DNA of 64,000 nucleotides from Deltaproteobacteria bacterium (GTDB lineage Bacteria; Bdellovibrionota; FAC87; UBA2466): NCBI GenBank assembly GCA_900299195.1, contig OMIX01000089.1, positions 2,892 to 66,891 of the forward strand, read 5' to 3'. Shown piece by piece: positions 9,242 to 17,777 of this stretch (position 1 is its first letter; each line of letters starts with the position of its first letter). The notes under the pieces were generated by a model. It saw only the letters and a program-made list of their open reading frames with translations, ran no database searches and was not told where the DNA came from. The position numbers and the translations under genes were made by a program.

Positions 9242-10942
9242 TTCCTGAATTTGCTCAAAAAACTTTTCGTCCCACAAGTAATTAGGATCGTAGGGATAAC
9301 TTACCATGGACATTATTCGACGATAATAATCTTCTTCTTCTCGTGTTCCTCTGATTTGAGCTTTTATCGGCTGACTATCTTGAGGAAGACTTTCTAAAAT
9401 ATCTTCTAACCCATCATAAATTTTGGGCACTTTGAAAAGTTGCGGAGACCGGAAAAGTGGAAAGAAAGATACTTCCGAAGAGATAGCGCTTTCAATCACG
9501 GCTGAGGAATCATTACAAATACCGACATAGGCATAACCATCTGAGGGATAATCCTTAGCATAAAGCTGGGCCTCTTTGCGAATTCGTCTTAAGTAAAGTT
9601 CAGCGTATCGAGTTGCCTTTTTGATGATGGCTCTATTTTGAGGAGAATTATCAAAAATCTGAAACCGATGGGCTAGGCCGGTCCATTGAGGCCTTTCCTC
9701 GTCAAATTTCGGGAAAAACCCTACCCCGCTAATACCCAAGAAAAAATTCACCCGAGCATTAACGACAGGTCCCGTCACTTGCCAAACAAATTGGGAATGA
9801 GGGGCGGGTAAAAGCAATTCATCACCTGACATCGATTGGATTTGAGTTTTAAACCAAACGGGCCATCGAATATATTTTTCCCCTCTTGCGTAAGATAGAA
9901 AATTCGCAAAGGTTCTCTCATCTCGTAATTCAATGTGATGCCCCGTAGCCCACAAGAGTTCCAAAAACTCGTTCAACTGGGTCACTTTCATTCGTTCGTT
10001 GCCTTCAAAAGGAAAAGATAGCTCATACCCTTTTTGCTCAGCTAGAGCGGTCATAACTGAACTTAAAGCTAAATTTTGAGCCATCATCTTTAAAGGGACC
10101 GATTCTGAGACAAAATGGCCGTAACCGATATTGGGTAATTTGGGATCAACAGCCTGCAATTTTGGATAAGAAGTAAACTCATTACTTGCAATGACATCTT
10201 CCCACTGAGCAGGTAAGAGACTGTTTTCAGAACCTGCTTTCTTCTTTCCGATAAACTTAGATAAATAGGGTCTTAGGAGATTCAATTGATTGACCGAAGG
10301 TAATGTTGGAAATCGGGCTAGAGCTTTTCCATCTTTTTTTGAGAGAACTTGGGTGACTTGACTCACCAGCTTTTGCATTTCCTCTCCAGGAACTGTGTTC
10401 AGCTTCAAAAACTGTGTGAGTTTTTCTGAAAAAACTCTAAGTTCCTCAGGCTGGAGCCCTCGAATAAACTCAGCAAGAGATAATTCAGGACGACCACACC
10501 CCGCTACGCACTCCACGTTCCATAAATCATGGCTCTTAGGAACCACTAAAAGGTAGTTACCGCTCTTTTCAAGTTCGACATGATAAATGAGCTGCTTTTT
10601 AGAGGAACTGGCTCCAGGAGATACCTCTTTAAAAAACCTCTCTTTGTGGTCCGATTCTTTTTTGATTAAAATGTGAGACGTTTTGCTTTCATCGATAAAA
10701 TCTTTGGAAGGCACCACCTTGATTTTTAGTCGGGTATTGCCGAACGAATGATATCGATAGGAGACTTGGATATCTTCAGGAAAATTCTTTTGATTGAGAA
10801 CTAAATTAAAATCTAGAGGGAATTGAAGCTTTGGTTCACCTCTATCTAAGCTATCGGCCCACAGAAGGGAACCACTCAAAACGAAAGTGAATGCGAAAAT
10901 AAAAAGACGATACGCCTTAGGTATCCCAAGCCTCAAAAACAC
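9227..10942 (-). CDS. Exported protein of unknown function (571 aa after start revision)
   Basis: The track ORF starts at a TTG at 10996. An in-frame GTG at 10942 lies 6 nt after a perfect AGGAGG and gives a signal peptide MFLRLGIPKAYRLFIFAFTFVLSGSLLWA. No recognisable domain. Confidence 0.6.
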   Translation of the reverse strand: MFLRLGIPKAYRLFIFAFTFVLSGSLLWADSLDRGEPKLQFPLDFNLVLNQKNFPEDIQVSYRYHSFGNTRLKIKVVPSKDFIDESKTSHILIKKESDHKERFFKEVSPGASSSKKQLIYHVELEKSGNYLLVVPKSHDLWNVECVAGCGRPELSLAEFIRGLQPEELRVFSEKLTQFLKLNTVPGEEMQKLVSQVTQVLSKKDGKALARFPTLPSVNQLNLLRPYLSKFIGKKKAGSENSLLPAQWEDVIASNEFTSYPKLQAVDPKLPNIGYGHFVSESVPLKMMAQNLALSSVMTALAEQKGYELSFPFEGNERMKVTQLNEFLELLWATGHHIELRDERTFANFLSYARGEKYIRWPVWFKTQIQSMSGDELLLPAPHSQFVWQVTGPVVNARVNFFLGISGVGFFPKFDEERPQWTGLAHRFQIFDNSPQNRAIIKKATRYAELYLRRIRKEAQLYAKDYPSDGYAYVGICNDSSAVIESAISSEVSFFPLFRSPQLFKVPKIYDGLEDILESLPQDSQPIKAQIRGTREEEDYYRRIMSMVSYPYDPNYLWDEKFFEQIQELAIP

Positions 10943-11009
10943 GACTGACCTCCTGAAAAGCAAACGCAAATTAAGGCATTTGCTGCATCGGGTCAATACA
11001 CTATTTTAG

Positions 11010-11246
11010 CTAGCAGATACGACGACAGCGGGTTCGGCATCGAACTCTAGCTACCGAGTAACATCGCACCCGTTTCACGCATCTAGAAACCGGCCGAACG
11101 CACCTTCGAGCACAAGGTCTAGCCCTAACAACGGGCGCACAGCCATGGCTTCCACATCTAGCTTCTGCCGGTGTAGGCGCTAATGTAGCTAAAGTTACTC
11201 CGACTAAAAACAACCCTTTAATCGTATTTTTACCAATACTTAACAC
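11010..11246 (-). CDS. Secreted hyper-cationic Cys/Arg-rich mini-protein (78 aa precursor, ~49 aa mature)
   Basis: GTG start 7 nt after AGAGGGG. Sec signal with an AEA cleavage motif. Mature part has 9 Cys, 15 Arg, 1 Lys and no acidic residues. No competing ORF on either strand. Confidence 0.6.
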   Translation of the reverse strand: MLSIGKNTIKGLFLVGVTLATLAPTPAEARCGSHGCAPVVRARPCARRCVRPVSRCVKRVRCYSVARVRCRTRCRRIC

Positions 11247-11278
11247 AGTTTTACCCCTCTATTAATTCCAACTCCTAG

Positions 11279-11303
11279 GTGAGAACTGATTGAAAGTTCT
11301 CAC
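11279..11303 (-). promoter_or_regulatory. Perfect 9-bp stem-loop in the leader of the mini-protein gene
   Basis: GTGAGAACT-7 nt-AGTTCTCAC, 33-57 nt upstream of the GTG start. No U-tract follows on the transcribed strand, so it is not a classical terminator. Confidence 0.4.
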
Positions 11304-11519
11304 TAGGTTCCGTCTGGGCTAAGAGCAATGAATGTACCAAACTAAAAATAGGTTATCTTCGAAGGTTACAATTGTCCTATAGGTGGGCAAACGAAAACTT
11401 GTTAAACAATTTCATTAAAAGCGACAAAATTTGTTACTTTGTGGAACCCAATGGGACCGGACCGTAGCGTTCAGATTTGGATTACCTAGCTACTTCGAAA
11501 AGTGCTTTCCTTCCGCTGA

Positions 11520-12356
11520 TTAGGTTTCAATTTCGATTTCAAGCGCACATTTCAAAATAAAATCAATTTCGGATTCATCCAACGAAAGCAAGACTGAAGC
11601 AAGATCTTCTTCCATGTGTTTAGGCTGGGTAGTTCCAGTCAGAGGCAACATTCCTACTTGTCGAGCAAAAGCAAAAATAATTTGTGCGGGAGTAGCTCCT
11701 CGTTTTTTTGCCATGTCTATCACTTGAGGAAATTGCATCACAAACGGATTGGCTGTGAGAAGAGAAAAACCCTGGTAAGTTATCCTGTGGGCTGCACATA
11801 TTTTTCTCACATGAAAATCCCATCCGGTTTGAGCAAAACATCGATTTTGAACCACTTGAGGTTTGATCCGTGACTTTTCTACCAACTCTGTCAATTGGAG
11901 ATGATTAACATTACTTACTCCAATTTGTTTTGCTTTTCCTTTGTCGTAAACTTTCTCTAAAGCTTCCCAAACTTGCCAATCTTCTTCCCCCAAGTTCGGA
12001 TGATGATAAGGGCCGTGAAGCAAATAAGAATCTAGGTACTCGACTTTTAAATGGTCTAGAGACTTTTCAATCGATTGCTCGACTTGAGTTTTGATTGGCG
12101 CTGTTGGATCGTAAGGAACGCGATGATCTTGCCCCCCGATTGGAGTAAATTTCGTTTGAATAAAAATACTTTCTCTACGATGCCCCTCTTTAAAATAATG
12201 TGCTAAGGCTTCTCCCACTAGAGGTTCGGTGTAGTGCTTAGACTGATTGGCAGTGTCTATTGCGACGAACCCTTTTTTAAGCGCTAATGCTACCAAGTCT
12301 TGGGTTCGTTCCTTTTTCCATGCTGTTCCGTACATTAAAGAAAATTTCACAAACAT
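11520..12356 (-). CDS. Aldo/keto reductase family oxidoreductase
   Basis: YGTAWKKE, IDTA, LHGP and other AKR-type (beta/alpha)8 blocks; 278 aa; overlaps the upstream gene by 10 nt. Confidence 0.8.
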   Translation of the reverse strand: MFVKFSLMYGTAWKKERTQDLVALALKKGFVAIDTANQSKHYTEPLVGEALAHYFKEGHRRESIFIQTKFTPIGGQDHRVPYDPTAPIKTQVEQSIEKSLDHLKVEYLDSYLLHGPYHHPNLGEEDWQVWEALEKVYDKGKAKQIGVSNVNHLQLTELVEKSRIKPQVVQNRCFAQTGWDFHVRKICAAHRITYQGFSLLTANPFVMQFPQVIDMAKKRGATPAQIIFAFARQVGMLPLTGTTQPKHMEEDLASVLLSLDESEIDFILKCALEIEIET

Positions 12357-13597
12357 TGTCCTTTCAATTCATGCCATTCTTTTTGAAGTCGATCTCTGTC
12401 TTCTGGATGAGCCAAAGAAATCATCGCTTTGACCCGTTGAGAAATATTTTTTCCAAAAAGGTTTACAGCTCCAAATTCAGTCACAACATGGTGAACGTGG
12501 GCACGAGTCGTCACTACCCCGGCACCTCGTTTTAAAGAAGATACAATTCGGGATTGCCCCGATTTCGCTCGAGAAGTAAGTGCAATAATAGCCTTGCCAC
12601 CTTCGGACAAAGATGCCCCTCGGACGAAATCCATTTGCCCCCCGACTCCAGAAATGATTTTGGGGCCTATCGAATCGGCACACACTTGACCGGTAAGATC
12701 AATCTCAACGGCACTATTCACTGCGACCATTTTAGGGTTTTTCAAAATCACACTCGGGTTGTTAACATAACTGGATTCCACTTGAATCACTGAAGGATTG
12801 TCATGAACAAACTGATACAGTCGGCGGGTTCCCATCATGAAAGATGAAACCGTTTTTCCAGGATGCTTCCTCTTTTTTGAATTATCGACTGCTCCGCATT
12901 CGATTAAATCTAAAACTCCATCTGACCACATCTCGGTATGAATGCCTAAGTGTTTGTGGTTTTTTAGAAAACTTGCAACCGCATCCGGAATCGCACCAAT
13001 TCCAAACTGAAGAGTCGAACCATCCTCAATGAGATCCGCGACATTTTTTCCGATTAATGTTTCGTTTTCTTTCAACTGTACTCGTGGGAACTCAGGCAAT
13101 TTTTCATCCACTTCGATGGTCGCATGAAATCGACTTTGGTGAATGAATCCATCCCCATGAACCCTGGGCATCTGGGGGTTGATTTGAGCAATCATACAAC
13201 GAGCGGTCTCAACCGCAGATTTAGCCACATCGACACTCACCCCAAGTGAACACCACCCCTTGCTATCAGGGGGTGAGACATGAATCAGTGCCACATCGAT
13301 CGGCAGTATCCCCGTTCGAAACAGGCTGGGTATTTCTGATAAAAAACAAGGAAGGTAATCGAACCGTTCACAATCCTGCTTTTTTCTTAAGTTAGAGCCC
13401 AAAAAGAGACTATTCACTCTAGTGTTATCTTTAAAGGAATCTTCCGCGTAGGAAAGAGCCCCTTCCGTGTGGAGATGAATAAATTCTAAGTTTTTGTGAC
13501 TACTCCAAACTGGATGAAGTCGCTTTAGTAGCGCTTGAGGAGTCGCTGCCCCCCCGTGAACAAAAATGCGTTGGTTAGAATGAAACAAAGATTCCAT
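12347..13597 (-). CDS. Acetyl-CoA hydrolase/transferase family (4-hydroxybutyrate/succinyl CoA-transferase-like)
   Basis: SGVGGQMDFVRGA signature, overall two-domain CoA-transferase layout. Confidence 0.8.
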   Translation of the reverse strand: MESLFHSNQRIFVHGGAATPQALLKRLHPVWSSHKNLEFIHLHTEGALSYAEDSFKDNTRVNSLFLGSNLRKKQDCERFDYLPCFLSEIPSLFRTGILPIDVALIHVSPPDSKGWCSLGVSVDVAKSAVETARCMIAQINPQMPRVHGDGFIHQSRFHATIEVDEKLPEFPRVQLKENETLIGKNVADLIEDGSTLQFGIGAIPDAVASFLKNHKHLGIHTEMWSDGVLDLIECGAVDNSKKRKHPGKTVSSFMMGTRRLYQFVHDNPSVIQVESSYVNNPSVILKNPKMVAVNSAVEIDLTGQVCADSIGPKIISGVGGQMDFVRGASLSEGGKAIIALTSRAKSGQSRIVSSLKRGAGVVTTRAHVHHVVTEFGAVNLFGKNISQRVKAMISLAHPEDRDRLQKEWHELKGQCL

Positions 13598-13615
13598 GCA
13601 AACAATATATCGAAC

Positions 13616-13643
13616 GGGGTCTTAACTGGAAAGTTAAGACCCC
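13616..13643 (-). terminator. 11-bp perfect stem-loop between the barrel gene and the CoA-transferase gene
   Basis: GGGGTCTTAAC-6 nt-GTTAAGACCCC, 7 nt after the upstream stop and 18 nt before the downstream ATG. The downstream tract is only moderately U-rich, so the terminator versus processing/translation role is uncertain. Confidence 0.4.
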
Positions 13644-13650
13644 AAACTTT

Positions 13651-14973
13651 TTACTGTTTCTGAATGGGTGGACCCGATTTCTCTGGAACATCCTTCAATT
13701 CAAAACTGTCGGTCTGAGGAATTTCCTCCGACTTCTGCTGTTTCAGTTGAGATTTCGAAGGTACCTGAGTTTCAGGAATGACTTTCTCCGATGCCTTCAC
13801 CGAAGTGATTGGAGCCGCAGGGGCACTTCCCCATCCCAATGCTAACGAGGCCAAATATCTTCGGCTCTCTCTTCGATTGCCTTCACTAGTCTCCTCACCG
13901 TAAGTCGCTAAATCTAGCCTTAAAGCATAGAGATTGATTCCAAGTCCGGCCGAGAGATATCCCTGATTAAGACCAGCTCTCACTGAGAATCTCCCCATGG
14001 GAACCTCGACCCCCAAGTGAAGTTTCTTAACAAAATCTCCGGTTCTAGCCCCAAAGTCTGCCCGGTTTTCTCCCCCTAAAGAAATATCAGAAATGTCGGC
14101 TAGCACATGGAAGTTATCAATGAAGGAAAATCCTTCAAAAGCGGTATACCAACCCAAGTTAACCGTTCGAACAAGACCTGGAGCCCCGGCGTTTTGTTTA
14201 GCAATCGCAAACTGAGTTGCTAACAAATTACTCAAAACAATCGAAGCTCGACTTAACACCCCAAAAGGAAGTTGTTTTATCTCGTAAGTCGCTCCTAAAT
14301 CAAGATCGACTCCCATCCCACTTCCCCCGATTTTAGCCGGATCAAAATCGATGGCAGAACTATTGTTATATTCGGCAAGAGTAAAGGGTTTTCTGCCAGC
14401 CCCTCGCAACAAACCTTTCAGATTTGCGCCTAGATGTAAGTTGGAATCGAAAAATGATTGGGCATATCCAATGAGCAGTCCCGAATCGCTGATGAAAGAC
14501 ATCTCGGCCACTTCAGTATTCACATCAGCCAAACTAGCGATGTCTGAACTGGATTTCAGAATATTAAAATTGAGTTTGGTATCGGCTAATAAAAGTCCCA
14601 CCGCAAGATTTTTGGTTAGAAAATAGGGTAAAAGCCCCACACTTCCAAACATAGGTTTTTCTTTATGTTTGTCTAATCGATTGATGGCCTGATTAATGTT
14701 GAGATCTCCCAGATCTTTGAAATCATTAAAACCAGAAATGGCATTGGAAGACACATTCCCATTCACTCTCAACATCACTTCAGTGCCACTGCGTCTTAAA
14801 CTTAAACCAGCCGGATTCGAAAAGAGTGCGTATTCATCCTCTGAAATTCCATAGAAGGCTCCGCCCATTCCCATGGACCTTGGGCTGCGTGAAAGACTGT
14901 AAAATTCTTTCACTGCAAATAAGGGGTAAGAAAAAAAAGTTAAACCTAATAGGATAACAAAAAGGTGTTTCAT
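13651..14973 (-). CDS. Outer-membrane beta-barrel protein (paralog of 37702-39144) with a disordered C-terminal tail
   Basis: Signal peptide from the ATG at 14973. N-terminal signature RSMGMGGAFYGISEDEYALFSNPAGLS shared with the paralog. Alternating beta-strand pattern, P/E/K/S/Q-rich tail. Confidence 0.65.
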   Translation of the reverse strand: MKHLFVILLGLTFFSYPLFAVKEFYSLSRSPRSMGMGGAFYGISEDEYALFSNPAGLSLRRSGTEVMLRVNGNVSSNAISGFNDFKDLGDLNINQAINRLDKHKEKPMFGSVGLLPYFLTKNLAVGLLLADTKLNFNILKSSSDIASLADVNTEVAEMSFISDSGLLIGYAQSFFDSNLHLGANLKGLLRGAGRKPFTLAEYNNSSAIDFDPAKIGGSGMGVDLDLGATYEIKQLPFGVLSRASIVLSNLLATQFAIAKQNAGAPGLVRTVNLGWYTAFEGFSFIDNFHVLADISDISLGGENRADFGARTGDFVKKLHLGVEVPMGRFSVRAGLNQGYLSAGLGINLYALRLDLATYGEETSEGNRRESRRYLASLALGWGSAPAAPITSVKASEKVIPETQVPSKSQLKQQKSEEIPQTDSFELKDVPEKSGPPIQKQ

Positions 14974-15087
14974 GGAGATCTCTCTCAAAGTGTCTCTGGG
15001 TTAGTGTAAAAGGCATATTATGCCACAGACTAAACCCAAAGAAAAAAACAATACTGAAAAGTTACCACCTTAATACGTTAAGCTCTT

Positions 15088-16038
15088 TTAAAAATCTTTG
15101 GATAACTCGAGGCTATGAGAAAAAGCGATGTCAGACCACTTGAAGATCTCTGGACGATTGGATCGATGAGTCAGAAAAAGCAAACCGGTTTTTTGGTTTG
15201 GATTTTCATGAAATAGGGCACAGATTTCTTTTCCCGTTTTATCTTTGATGATTTGAACATTTTCTGGCAATTGTCCGGTTTGGAAGTATTGATTCAAAAT
15301 TTGGTTTCTCTTTAAAGTGTAACCTTCAGGGGGATTCCATGCGCTTCCGATTAAACGAGTAAAAGCATCGACGGAATCGGGTCGATACTCTTCAGGTAAC
15401 TCTTTCCGAGCAAAGGAGTAAAGCGCTTGAATCTCCTCCATGATAGCTTTTGAGGCCTCAGTGGAAGGCTCCATCCCGATCGCTCTTTTGTAGAGCATCA
15501 CCACACCGAAATGCTGCTGACTATCCGTGACCATTCTGCGATATCCGCCAGCTTTTAGCATCTCGATCATTTGATTTTTTACATGGAGAAAAACTTCAAT
15601 TGGAAGTCCTTTTCTAAGTTGATCGGCATTCAATTTATTGGGGGCCTGGGGCGCTAAGGGGTTTTCTAAGACTAGTCCATCGACCGAAATAGATTCAGGT
15701 TTGGTTTCATCGGGAATTAAAGTAACGTGAACGTAAACTCGTCCCGCAACTTCCCCATTAATTCGTAATCGACCTGTGGGTAAATATTCCAGCCTCAGAG
15801 AAAAAGGGCCTTTCTTACTTTCCACTTCCTTCACGAACGCTTCTGGGAACAACTGAGCCGTCGAAAGTTTTAGATTTCTTTCCTTAAATTGCCAAGGTTC
15901 AAAAGCATTGGGCTTAGAATCAGAAGAGCTAAGCGCAACTTTAGAAAAAATATAGTCACAGTCAGCATAGGAAGGCTCTCCCCCCACCCATGCAATCCCT
16001 AAAAGAAAAATCAAATGGTAAAGCTTCGCCTTTTGCAC
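15088..16038 (-). CDS. Exported protein of unknown function
   Basis: Signal peptide MQKAKLYHLIFLLGIAWVGG; no recognisable motif. Confidence 0.5.
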   Translation of the reverse strand: MQKAKLYHLIFLLGIAWVGGEPSYADCDYIFSKVALSSSDSKPNAFEPWQFKERNLKLSTAQLFPEAFVKEVESKKGPFSLRLEYLPTGRLRINGEVAGRVYVHVTLIPDETKPESISVDGLVLENPLAPQAPNKLNADQLRKGLPIEVFLHVKNQMIEMLKAGGYRRMVTDSQQHFGVVMLYKRAIGMEPSTEASKAIMEEIQALYSFARKELPEEYRPDSVDAFTRLIGSAWNPPEGYTLKRNQILNQYFQTGQLPENVQIIKDKTGKEICALFHENPNQKTGLLFLTHRSNRPEIFKWSDIAFSHSLELSKDF

Positions 16039-16183
16039 CCGGACAACCCTTTCTAAAGCTCAGTAGCTTTAAGAAGTCTCGAGCGGAATGCAAAATTCGA
16101 TACCAAGTCACATAGGCACTTAAAGGTAAGGCAACCATGACTGTGGTTTCCACAGTCTGACAAAAAAGGTCAGCAGAAATAAA

Positions 16184-16804
16184 TCATTGGAAAGCTAAGG
16201 GCTCATAGTGGACTGATTTTTTAGGGAAAGGCCTATCTTTCAGTTTTTTAGCCGGAACCCCACCCCAAACCTCAAATGGACCCACATCTTTAGTCACTAC
16301 ACTCCCAGCAGCAATGACGGCACCAGACCCGATCGTTACGCCTGGCAAAATCACACAACGGGCACCAATCCAAACGTCAGAACCGATACTGACAGGGGCA
16401 GATGAAAAACCTTGCTGATACATGGGAATATCTGAGCGTTCAAAAGAATGGTTAGCCGTTGTGATATAGGAATAAGCTCCAATCATCACGAAATCACCCA
16501 TTGATAAAGAATCATAAACTCCTAAATGGGTATTTCTTCCGATAAAAAAATTCTTTCCTATCTTTAATTTCGGTTTTGCGTCAACTTCGGATGCAATCCA
16601 AATATTAACTTGTTTTTCAATTCTTCCTGGGCCTTCAATCGAAATATAAGGATAGGGAGATTTTTTGCCAATAAACTCTATGTCTCTCTCAGCGTTAATT
16701 TTAGCTAAGTCGAGTTGTTTGAACCAACGTTTGCGATCGTAATAATAGTTCCACTTGTGAAAACCAGCTCGTAATAGGTCTAAAGGATTAAAATAGGCTA
16801 ACAT
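16184..16804 (-). CDS. Hexapeptide-repeat (left-handed beta-helix) O-acetyltransferase
   Basis: VWIGARCVILPGVTIGSGAVIAAGSVVTKDVGPFEVWGGVPAKKL, a typical Maa/LacA/WcaF-type C-terminus. Confidence 0.8.
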   Translation of the reverse strand: MLAYFNPLDLLRAGFHKWNYYYDRKRWFKQLDLAKINAERDIEFIGKKSPYPYISIEGPGRIEKQVNIWIASEVDAKPKLKIGKNFFIGRNTHLGVYDSLSMGDFVMIGAYSYITTANHSFERSDIPMYQQGFSSAPVSIGSDVWIGARCVILPGVTIGSGAVIAAGSVVTKDVGPFEVWGGVPAKKLKDRPFPKKSVHYEPLAFQ

Positions 16805-17126
16805 ATTTGATCAATTTTAAGTTTAGATCATAGTATCAGATGGAATCGGTATTTCCATAAAACTTCTAGAACTCGGAGAAAAAAGTGAGACGTGATGAAT
16901 AGAATCGGATTAGGCTTCGCAATGCGCCGTGCGCCCTGACTTGATATTTTTCTCAATCTAAGGGGTGTCATTTTTTTTGACAGTCAACTTTAACTTAGAC
17001 GGTCCCTAAACACGTTTTACAAATCACATATTTCTATGGGTGTATTCTAGGCTTAAAATCACTGGATTTTATTTTGCAGCTTCCTCTAAGTGGGGGGGCG
17101 CTGTATCTGTTCAGCGCGATTCAATC

Positions 17127-17753
17127 ATGTATAGCCTTTCGATTCCGCTGCCATTCACACTGTTTTTTCTTTTTCAGTTTTTGTTCTATTCCAACACCCG
17201 TGGGAATGATCACGGTCCCGATTCGAAACAATCGAACCCATCTTTTAGTGCCAGCGATTTTGAATGTGTGAAATCTGAAAATGGATTTCGTCCCCGACAC
17301 AAAGAGATAAAAAAGCCCCTGGGTGCGGGAACTTTTAAAACTCTAGAAACCTGTAAACAAGCAATCAAGGTTTCAAAAAACGATATCGTTTGTGCGTCTA
17401 CCGGGCTCCCAGGAGGATTCAAACCTACTTTCAAAGCTGGGGTCACTCCATCCCGGCCAGATTGGGGATATGTCGGTGGTTCATCAATGACGCTTGAAGC
17501 CTGTCTTTTTGCCACAGAACAATCTCTGCCATCATCTATTTGTTTCTTTGGAGGAAAAGACGGCGTAACTGTCGGAGGTCCCGAAACCCCAGGTTGGTAT
17601 GCAACCCATCCCTCGGGCAATAAAAGCCGAAAAGGTGGCCCCTATGAATCTCTCCAAAAATGTGTCGAAGCGACTCATATAAAGTTCGAAGAGGACAAAA
17701 AACAGTTGAGGGGACTTTTTGAAAGTCTGCCCGATTCTGAAATCGCCCAATAG
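17127..17753 (+). CDS. Secreted protein with three tandem Cys-pair repeats, unknown function
   Basis: The ATG at 17127 gives a signal peptide MYSLSIPLPFTLFFLFQFLFYS. Three ~45-50 aa units each end in [TS]L[EQ]xCxxA. Confidence 0.5.
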   Translation: MYSLSIPLPFTLFFLFQFLFYSNTRGNDHGPDSKQSNPSFSASDFECVKSENGFRPRHKEIKKPLGAGTFKTLETCKQAIKVSKNDIVCASTGLPGGFKPTFKAGVTPSRPDWGYVGGSSMTLEACLFATEQSLPSSICFFGGKDGVTVGGPETPGWYATHPSGNKSRKGGPYESLQKCVEATHIKFEEDKKQLRGLFESLPDSEIAQ

Positions 17754-17777
17754 TTTTGCAAAAGGAGATTTACAGCT

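Noticed and set aside
11279-11303. Stem-loop as the intrinsic terminator of the upstream aldo/keto reductase operon
   Set aside because: It lies ~215 nt past that operon's stop. On the transcribed strand it is followed by CTAGGAGTTGG rather than a U-tract. It is kept as a leader structure of the mini-protein gene instead.
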